Assembly: GCA_025558095.1 (NCBI GenBank)
Contig: JAIVFI010000013.1
Span: 248,001-312,000, forward strand
Direction of reading: 5' to 3'
Origin: Hyaloraphidium curvatum SAG 235-1
Taxonomy: Eukaryota > Fungi > Monoblepharomycota
DNA length: 64,000 nt
Position numbers and translations under genes: made by a program. Below, piece by piece: positions 24,219 through 33,470 of this stretch. Numbering within the stretch: position 1 is the first letter of the stretch; each line of letters begins with the position of its first letter. Below the pieces are notes generated by a model, which had not been told where the DNA came from, made no database searches, and was given only the letters and a program-made list of their open reading frames with translations.

Positions 24219-27200
24219 ATGCCGTCGATGCGCCGCGGGGGGCCGGGCCACGGCGCGCGCCGGCAGTACGACCCGGACGGGCGAGGGACGAAGAGCGGCA
24301 AGAGATATCTCGGCGACAAGATCAAAGAGCACTGGCAACATGCCCAACAGGGCCTCTCGATGTTCAACGCCATTCGGACCTTTTCGGAGGGGCGACTATT
24401 GGTGCTCGACTCCGGCGTGCTCATTGTCGACTTTTCGTGGATAGTGCATCGGGTGGCGCCCATGTTCGCTTGGGAGCTGGTTCAATTGGCTTTCGGCGAC
24501 GAGAACCTGGATCCTCTGAGCGCTGCGCAGGCCGAGGAAGTCTTCACCAAGTTGGCCACGGGGCTGATGCGCGAGATCTGGAAGGCCCTGGCGCCCACGA
24601 ACAGGCCGCTGCCGGAGGGCTACCGAGTTGTCATCATCCACGAACTGACGGCGGAATCGGCCGAGGAACTGCTGCGCAAGGAGGGTCCGGGGGTGTCGTT
24701 GCCCGAGACAACGGCCGAGCTGGACGAGTTGCTCCGCCGCCACGGAGACTCGTGCCCGCTCCGTCCTCTTCCCTTGCTGGTTCCTGGCTACCAAGGAGGC
24801 GCGGCGGCTGCGGCGCTTGGTCCCGCCGTGCCGACGAACGGGGATGCTGCACCAGCGGAAGCCGCGAACTTCAACTTTCTGAGGAAGACCGACGTCGAAC
24901 GGGAAAGCCGGACTCGGTCTTCGGCGTCCGCGGCGTCCAAGGGCATCAAGCGCGTGCTGGTGGTTCACGGTGATGGGTTCAAGCGCACCAACAAAGTCGT
25001 CGATCCGCGGAGTACGTGCGTCGACACGCATCCCTACACTGCCGCTGACGGGCATTGCGACAGAGCTTCCCGGTGCGCCGCAGGCCGCGACAAACGTCCT
25101 TCTGTCGGACCCCACGTTCAAACTTTGCCTGTTCAGGGCGACCCAGAAGGTATTGGAGACTCCCGATATGAAGGACAAGCTGCCCGCCGTCGTCTCGCAC
25201 ATTGTCGTGGGCGAGTTCGACCCGGCGGCCTTTGCCTACGGTGGGTTTCACGCCGCGACGTCGCCTGCGGTGGCGCCTTGTTCTGATGACTCCCGAAACA
25301 GCGCGAAATGTCAAGGCGGAACGGGCTCCCAACGCCCGACCAACATTTGTCGGTGTCCTGACCGTCGACACCGACTTCTCCGCTTTCAACGTCGGCAGGT
25401 ACATGGACGCCATGCTCGACGGCATCGGCAAGCAGAAGCGGCTCCTGCCGCTCGACAGGGTCAACCAGCTCTTTGGCGGCGGCTGCTCGCCGCTGGTCAT
25501 CGCGTTCGCGGTGGCCGTCGGCGGCACCGACAACACTCTGCGTTACGGAATGGTGGGTGATGGTTTTGATGGCTTGCCGCCAAGACTGCGCTGACTTGCA
25601 GATCCAGGGTCCGAAGGCCGTGATCGACCTGCTAGACCAGCTCGGCCTTTCCAAGAACTACACGGAACGGGTGCCGGGCCAAGGCCCGCAAGAACTGCTC
25701 GATGCCCTGCTGAACGCGGGCCGCAGGTACCTGAAGAAGCATGTCGTCAAGTTTCTCGAGAAGGATGGGCAGGACATCGTCAAGGCCGTCAACGCGTTCC
25801 GGAACCTGTCAGCAAGGGGCCATTGGCACCTGCCGACGCTCGAGATCGCCGTCGACCAGCTCAAGCAGGATCCCTTTGCGGTCTTTGTCGGCAAAGGAAC
25901 GCTTGTGGAGGCTCATTTGGCAGCGCGGGACGAGAAGCGTGGGAGGCTTCGGAGGCCGAAGCTTCAGCTCCGGTTCAAGGAGGTTGGCATCTTCCCCAGC
26001 CATGATGCGACTTCTCGGCTGATTTCTCTTCTCGCTCGTGCAGATGAAGGACAATCGAGGGAAGTTCCAGCGGGGTGAGCTGCCCCCCAAGGTCGAGCCC
26101 GACCGGGGAAACTACACGGTCCGATGGTTGAGGGAGGTCAAGTTCAAGTTCGAGCGGCGGGAGCGCAGCGAGAAGTCAAAGGTGGCCAAGTACTCGAGGC
26201 TCTTCGGCGAGGACAAGAAGTCCAAGGGCAAGAAGGGCGAGAACGTCGAAGCCGCGAACGTCGGGGCTGAGCTGAGCAACGCCGAAAAGGTCGAGGGCGA
26301 GACCGGCGAGGGCAAGACCGGCGTCGAGAAGGCCGGGAACGGCAAGGAGGGTGGCGGCAGTGCAGGCCGGACGCGGGGCGACGGCGTCGCGCAGAACCCC
26401 GACACCGGACTCTTTGAGCAGCTTTGGTTTGCAGCTTTTGTCGACCCTCATTTGCACCCCGCGCAGCCGGCGGAGAAGCTCGACGGCGACGAGGACGACG
26501 ACCGCTACGGCGACGACGTCAGTGTCACCGAAGGCGGCTCGCCTACTTTGCCTGCAGCACCTCCTCCTCCCGTGCCTGGGCTGGCAGCAGCAGCACCTCC
26601 TTCGGGCTCTTCTCGCCCGGCACCCTCTGCCCTCCTATCCCTCGTGGCACCCTCGCCCGCCGCAGCCGCTCCTTCTCTCTCCTCAGGCGCCGCTCCGGCC
26701 GGCGCGGCACCGGAACCCTCGAACTCCGTTCTGCCGCCATCAACCCCTCCTCCGTGGCCGCCTCCCCCCCCCGCTCCTCGCGGGCCTCCTCGCCGGCTTC
26801 GTCGCAGCCGCCTCGCTCGTCCTCTTTGGCGTCTTCGTCTTCCTCCTCGCATGCCGAGCCCCGGTTCGTGCCGAATCCGGGCGGCGTTGTACCCCGCACC
26901 AGTTTGCCGCTGCCTCAGATCCCGGAGGAGCAGGGCATGGAGCCGCCCCGCGTGCTGACGGCGTCCCCCGAGCCGATGGAGGGCGTCGAAGAGTCCGACC
27001 TCGCGTCGTCGGCGGCGGGTTTTGGTGCCGGGGAGAGCGAGGTGCGCTCGCCCGCTAAGCGCCCCAGCTCTGCCGGTTCTGATCTTGCTGGCGACGAGGG
27101 AGGCGGCGACGAGCACTCCGAGGGACCCGCGCCCAAGATCCGTACTCGAGGCGGCAAAGTTCCTAGCAACGAGCGCTCGGCGTCTGTGGGCTCGGACAGA

Positions 27201-30200
27201 GGTTCCGGGGGGTCGAGATCCGGCAGGGACGGCTCGGACTCCGGCTCGGGTCGGGCGTCGCCGAGTTCGTCGCGGGGCAGGTCACCGGCGCCCTCCCGCA
27301 AGGGTGGTCGTGGTCGCGGTCGCGGTCGCGGTCGGGGTGCAAAGGCAGCGACTGCGGCAGGGGCTGGCTCGTCACCTGCAGCCGGCAAACACAAGGAGCC
27401 TCCTGCCGACCCGGGTGCCGAGCGCGCGCGGGATCTGGGCCTGGATCTGCTGAAGGCCGTCAGTGGGATCAAGGCTCCGTACGTTTGTCGCTGCGCTTGT
27501 GAGCCATCACGGTGCTCACCGACATTGCAATTGCAGAGGCGGACACCGAAACCGCAGCACAGGGCCGCTTCAAGTCCAAGGCTTCGCCACTATCAAGGCT
27601 GAGCTGAAAGAGCTCAAGTACAGCAGCTTCCACAAGGTGGCCGAGGACATGGCCCGGGCGATCAAGGCCGGGCCGCGGGAGCGGGTTTCGCACTTGGATC
27701 AGCTGGTCGCAGCAGGGGAGGGGTCCGAGGCTGATATGAATGCCTGGAAGAACGAGAAGAAGAACATCGAGGCGGAGCAGAAGGCCATGATGGTGAGCCT
27801 GTCGAGGCTCGCGCTTGCGGACAGCACTGACACTTGTTCTCGTAAAGAACACCCTGCACCGATCGTACAACGATCTTGTCGAGCGACGTCGGCAGGCCGA
27901 GATCGAGCGTCAGGCGCCGGGCTCCAGCAGCTCGAGGAAGCCCAAGAAGAAGGGCATGGAGCGCTCTGAGAACACCCTGAACAAGTTCTTCTACTCCGCC
28001 ATGAACGCAACGAAGAGCCACCGCGGCCCGACGCTCGAAAACGCCATGAACCAGTACCGCATGACCTTCAACCGGGCGGCGAATCAAGTACTTGAAGCGC
28101 AAGAAGGTCTCTTTTACCCGGAGCTCCAGGTCGAGGCGATCTTCAACGAGGTCTTTGAGCTCATCGGGGACCAAGTGGTCGGACCAGCCGAGCCCCGCCC
28201 GGCTCGCGACACGCCGGAGTGGAATGGTCGTCTCGAGAAGTTCCGCGCCGCGCTCGATGGAAGCCACACGTTCGCCGTATCAGGTGCTTCGTTCATTGCC
28301 GAAGCGATCAAGACGATCGCTGGGCTGAACATGCTCAGTCGCGCTGCCGGCCACGCGGCATTGCAGGCTGCCGCTGTAGAGGGCTCACCGGCGCTGAACC
28401 AGTTCACGGACTCCCGCTTCGGCGTGCCTGCACCCTCTTCGCGCCCTGTGCGCGCTCGTCCCTCGAGTGGGAGTTCCGCAGACATGCCGGCTGGCGCTGG
28501 CCCGACCAAAGTCTCTGCCGATGAGCTTTTGGCCAAGGATGACGGCGCTTTGGCTCTGTACGCGCAAGCCCGCCAGGCCGTCGTCACCGAGGCACGAGTG
28601 ACGGTCGAGCCGGATGATCGGAAAGCCGTACAGTACAAGGCCGTGCTTGACCTGTTGAGGAATGGACAACTTGCGGAGCAAACCAGCTTCCGCCCCCGTA
28701 CCACAGAAGCCTTGAAGTTTTTGACGGTCTGCAGGTTCTCCCCTTTGGATCCCCCGTTCAAGCGGGAGGCCTTCCTGGCCTTGGAGCCTCCGATCGAGGC
28801 GGCCGCGGCTGGACAAGAAGCGAACGCCGAGACGGTGGCTGAACAGCCGGATGAGGCGGTTCAGGCAGCCGAGCCTGCGGACGTGCCAATGGAGCCGGCG
28901 GACCCGGCCGCTCCGTTGCCCGCGGGGCAGCCGTTCCACGCCATCACGGCGGCGCAGTTCGAGGAGCAGACCGTGGTGGTTCAGCCGGGCTGGAGGAACG
29001 CGCTGGTAACGGCGCTAGAGGCCACGCTCGCAGCGGTTGTGCAGGACAAGGAAGGCGGGCCCGCGGCCTACGCTCGAGGCGTGGAGTCTCGTGCAGAGGC
29101 GATTCGGACGCAGACGGCATCGGGCTTTGGGAGCCCATTCGGCCGCCCTGGCGAACGTGGGATTTCAATGGGCACGGACTACATGATCCCGCGCGCGGAC
29201 CACGAGGTGCTGCAGGAGCCGGGACTGGCCGCGCAACCGCCTGCCGACGAGGACGGCGTCCTTCTCCTCATGCTGAATTGCCCGAAACTCGCAGCCCTGA
29301 TCGGGGACGCCGCGTCGATTTTGGAGAACAAGACGGCACAATACGTTCATGTGGTGATTTGCATCGTGGTGTCGCTCCTCACCGAGGAGACCTTGGGACG
29401 AGCGGTGAGCTGGATCATCCCACCTTGGTCCGCACGTTGACCCGATGCTGACCGTGTGGCTCCTCAGGGACCAGTCGACGCGGAACGCGAGACATTGCGC
29501 CGGCCCATCATGGAGGGCGGCGTCGCCAACGACGGGCTTCTGAAGGAGCAGATGTCGATCATCCGCCGTTACCTCAAAATCGCCTGCATCGACGCCAACC
29601 CCATCTGCTTGGGCGTGTTTCTCCCGGCCAAGGACGAGGAGCAGTTCCGGAAGCGCGTCGAGACGGACGGCATCGCGCGCGCGGTGCAGGGTTTGCAGCG
29701 GTACATCCCCATCTGCGTCCTGTGTCCGCTACTCGTGGACCCCTGCTGCTTCGACTCAGGGGTCAGGGACACCGCGACCGAGGAGCAGAAGGAAGCCGCA
29801 CGGAATGCCCATCGCTCGCTTATGGAGACGGTGTTCTACCACCACCTGGTCGGCCTCGGCTCCTTTGCCTTCCTGGGCGCCGGCCGCTTCGCTGCCCGGA
29901 CGGCCCAGTCTGTGGCTCCAATGCCTGCAGCGACTTTGCCCTCGACCTCTGCGACCGCCGACGACCTCGACGGACCTCACCTCCACGGGAACGCGGCCAT
30001 CGAGCTCACGCAGTGGTCGTCCGTGGCTCTGGTTCCTCACCCTGACGGTAGCGGCCGCCACCTCCTGGCCATGAAGTCGCCGCACCCCATCTTCGCCGTC
30101 TCGTCGACCGGCGTCGCCGTGGACAGCCCACTCGTCTTTGCCGCGCAGCTCCTTTTGCCCCTGCTACTGCGCCGCATGACCAAGCTGCGCGCTGGCGACG

Positions 30201-33200
30201 AGCTCTTCGACCAGCACTCGGACTGGACCGGGGGAGTCCCGCCACTGCTCGCTGGCTACGCCCGCGCGGCCCTCCAGCCCGCGATCAGGCGGGCGATGGA
30301 GCTCCTCGCCGAAGGCGGCTTCGACGTCATGCTCCGCGGACGGCCTCAAGGCGATGGCCTCAACAGCGCGGCTGCGTTCGAGAAGGAGGAGGACGAGCTG
30401 TCGGCCCCACGGGTGCGCAGCTCCGTGCCGTCGTCCATGATCGCGCCCGAAGCCAGCGTCAAGGCCATCGCGCCGGTGCTGGGGACGGCAACGCTCGCCA
30501 CCTTCCTGGACCGCGAAATGCTGCCGGTTGCCCGCTTGCTCCCGGAACGCGTGAAGGAGGCCCTGGACATCAAGGCCGACGCCGCTTTGCAAGGCCAGCT
30601 CGTTCGGATCGCGACGGAAGGCAACGACGCCAACGCCATTCCCGACAAGCTGCGCAAGAGCGCGCGTGGCTTGTTGGCGCGGACGGCGCGTGGCAAGTCG
30701 GGCAAGGCACAGGTGCTGAAGGCCGCGCGCGGGGACGGTGAAGAGGACGAGGACGGTGACCTGGACGATTCAGGGGACGAAGAAGACGACGGCGAGGAAC
30801 CTGGCGAGGAGCCGGCTGCAGGAAGCGCGCTGGAGAGAGTTCGCACGTGGTCTACACGGTGGCGAGATACCATCGCCAAGCGGCAGTGGTCGGCAGCTCG
30901 CAAGGCCGCCTCGGAAGCTCTCCTCTCGGCCATGGACACCTTGTTTGCCAACTGCACCGAGGAGGCTGATGTTCAGCTCGCTGTTTTGGACCTCTTGAAC
31001 CTGGGCGACGACGTGCGAAGGCTCTTTCTATCGGGCAACTGGACGCAGGCCGCTCTCAACTCGGCCGCAATCGCAGCACGATTCGCCATGGAAACTCTAC
31101 CCGAGTTTCGTGCTCTCGTTCCTGTTCCCTTGGCACGGGCAATCTCAATCCCCGTCGACGGGACCCTTGCGGCGCGCCTCTTGCTGTCCTGGATCAGGGC
31201 CTGCACCTCGGAGATCAGGATGACGGTGGCAAACAGCCTATCCGCAACCCTGTCCGGGATGGAGCAGCGGGGCACAGTTGGGCCGCAGGACGCGGCCGAC
31301 ATCAGCGCGATCATCGAGAAGATAAAGCTCGGGTCGGACATCGCCGCCACATCCTTTTTCCCTCACCTCCTGTTTGCATTCGAGGCTCTCTTTGTCGGAC
31401 TTCCTCCTCTCGATCCGCGACCACGCGTTGTTCAATACGGCAATCGAACGCTCCAGCTCCCTCCACAATGGATCCCCAGGCCGTTCCTCCAGACCAACGG
31501 CTACTCAACCGTTCCTCTCGGAACCGTTCCGGCTCACCACACCGCGCGCAAGACTGGCAGCGCCGCCGTCACCAAGTATGGAGCCGAGGTCCTCGGCGTC
31601 AACTCGTCCCGCGGCGAGAACATCATCATGGTGAGCCAATTGCCTGGGCCACCTGACAGCGAGCCATCTTCTGACTTGCTGGCACCTGCAGCGCTCCCGT
31701 ACGCGCCGCGATTACACTCTGCCGGAGCAACCCGCCGCCGCCGTCGACGTCGCCCCTCTCCCCGCTCAACGGGCCGGAACGGCTCAGCTGATGGACACGG
31801 AGACTACCGACGACGCCATGAACACGGACGTGGATTTGCTCGAGGCGCCGCACCAGGAATTCGGGGCCCAGTTGCGGCCCGACGTGGAGGACCTGGAAAT
31901 GTCAGAGGCACAACGGGAGGGCTCTACCTCCGAGGAACGCCCAGCCGTGGAGCCTGCCGCCGCCGTGGAGCCTGCCGCCGCCGTGGAGCCTGCCGCCGCC
32001 GCGGACCGAAGTCAGCTGCGCCCTACCTCCTCGCTGCCCTACCTGCATGCTCTGCAGCTGCACATTGGAGGGCGTCCGGATCCTCTTCATGCCGAGGGCA
32101 TCGAGCCGCTACTGCCTCGGGATGCTCCCGCTGCGGCCGCTGCTCCGCCACCGGGATCGTCGTCGGACTCTTCCCCCACGGCTCCGCCGGCCCCGATCGA
32201 CGAGGACCTGATCTTCGGCCCGGACATGTGCGACACCAGCATCGACATGCTGAAGCATCTGCTTGGCAAGTGCTCGTTCGGAGCCGGTGCCTCCCGCACC
32301 GACGGCGCCTTCCGCGGCTGCATCCCGGAGGCCGCCTTCACCGTCCACCCTGCCAACCCGGCCTTCTCGACGCAATCGTTTGTGATGAAGCAGGGCGGAC
32401 CCCGCTGCTTCGTCCCGCTCATGTTCCGGACCTGGAGCAAGTTCGAGTTCGACGCGTACACCCAGAACCTCCTCGACACAGCCGGCCCGATCTTCGACCA
32501 GTCGTACAGCAGAGGAGCCACGGCAAGACGGGGAGCCGCAGCACTCGCCTGCCGAGGCCGAACACGCGCAGGCGGCTACGATCGCGGAGGAGCTGATGGA
32601 GGCGATGGCGCCGGAGATGGAGCGGGTGCTCGACGAGGCTGATCGCGCAGCAGGGGCAGAACAGGCGGCCGCAGAGGAGCAGGCACAGCAAGGCGGACCA
32701 GCAGCTGACGGGCAGCACGAGGAGGACAAGGAGCGCGCGCGGCGCGAGCAGCGCAACGCCTTCATCGCCGGCAAGGTCAAGGAGGCGGTCGAGAGCCTCA
32801 GGGCTGAGCTTGCCGACGGCCGCAAGGAGCACTACAACCCGATCGTGATCATCGGCGACGGCGGCCATGGCGGGCGAACCCCGGATCCTGACTCCCTCGC
32901 CGGGTTCCTGATACGGCTGTTCCTCGTGATCTTGCTCATTGAGTGGGGCACTTCTCAGGTAGGCTGGACCGTTCTGCACCTGCGTGACTTTGGCTGACGC
33001 ATCTCCCAGCGCTGCCCTTCGTGCTATTCGAAGCTGCTCCCTACGAAGGACCTCCACATCAAGGACTGTCCCTCGTGCCCCGGACACGACGGCACCGGCA
33101 TGCTTCGGGTGGAGAAGAACGTTTCCGCGACTCTCTGCTTTTATCGAATCTTTCTACACATCCTGGCAACGGGCACGCGGCCTCCGGCCTTCCGTGACCC

Positions 33201-33222
33201 GACTGCCAAACTCATTACCTGA
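24219..33222 (+). CDS. Giant multi-domain protein: XPG/FEN1-like nuclease + possible UDG-like domain + Fanzor/TnpB-like RuvC-Zn finger; 9 predicted introns and 2 apparent frameshifts (possibly pseudogenised)
   Basis: Predicted GT-AG introns 25012-25063, 25241-25301, 25553-25601, 25983-26043, 27479-27536, 27793-27847, 29405-29467, 31631-31691 and 32959-33009 each restore the frame. N-terminal motifs: VDFSWIVH, GEFD..AFAY, VLTVDTDF, GGTD..GPKAVIDLL. C-terminal motifs: FRALVP..ISIPVDG, FLQTNGYS, LIFGPDMCD, PIVIIGDG, LVILLIEWGTSQRCPSC..KDCPSC..EKNVSA..RPPAF. Frame changes at ~26770 and ~32505 are not explained by good introns. Confidence 0.75.
31944..32000 (+). repeat. 18-bp coding minisatellite (gccgtggagcctgccgcc, ~3 copies; AVEPAA repeats)
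   Basis: Directly visible. It encodes PAVEPAAAVEPAAAVEPAAA in a disordered insert of the fusion protein. Confidence 0.85.
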
Positions 33223-33392
33223 CAAACGAACCAGGTACTTTAGCTGAATGCGTGAGTGCACTGTGGTCGTGCATCGTGGATAGTTTACTCATGCGATAAG
33301 CTGTTTCGTGGAATTGGTATCCTCCTTTGCGTTTTGGTGGCGGTTCCCGGATTCCGTAGTTCGATCGTATGTGTGAAAAGGGAGATCGTCCT
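33223..33392 (+). ncRNA. Candidate Fanzor omegaRNA/fRNA scaffold
   Basis: Lies immediately 3' of the Fanzor-like stop. Stems: GCGUGAGU(33250-57)/ACUCAUGC(33287-94) with a G-U pair, inner UGCAC/GUGCA, closing AGCU/AGCU, and a second hairpin GGAAU(33310)/AUUCC(33351-55) enclosing CCUCC/GGUGG. The position matches TnpB/Fanzor loci. Confidence 0.4.
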
Positions 33393-33470
33393 AGAAGAGA
33401 GACGGGGAGCCAGCCTTCTGCTGACCCCAGAGCTAACCGGGACGCGTAGCTCCGTGCGTCGCGTTCAGCG

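Larger units (their letters stand above)
23419..33392 (+). mobile_element. Putative ~10 kb inserted element carrying the XPG-Fanzor fusion gene; boundaries tentative
   Basis: A non-housekeeping giant gene in an otherwise dense housekeeping array. Weak inverted ends AGGACGACGCTCC (23419) / GGAGATCGTCCT (33381-33392). Removing the block leaves ~150 bp between the F-box stop and the AKR1 ATG, the typical local spacing. No TSD or transposase seen. Confidence 0.4.

Noticed and set aside
31585-31630. EVLGVNSSRG as the RuvC-I motif (would be a D->N change)
   Set aside because: LIFGPDMCD at 32208-32234 retains an Asp and sits better relative to the downstream motifs. It is kept only as an alternative until a profile alignment is run.
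31692-32596. Arg-rich C-terminal third of the 1046-aa ORF 29456-32596
   Set aside because: It is off-frame read-through past the 31631-31691 intron. The real frame is that of ORF 31791.
33360-33395. Helitron 3' end (CTAG)
   Set aside because: CTAG is not followed by T, there is no clear GC hairpin ~11 bp upstream, and no Rep/helicase motifs are present in the block.
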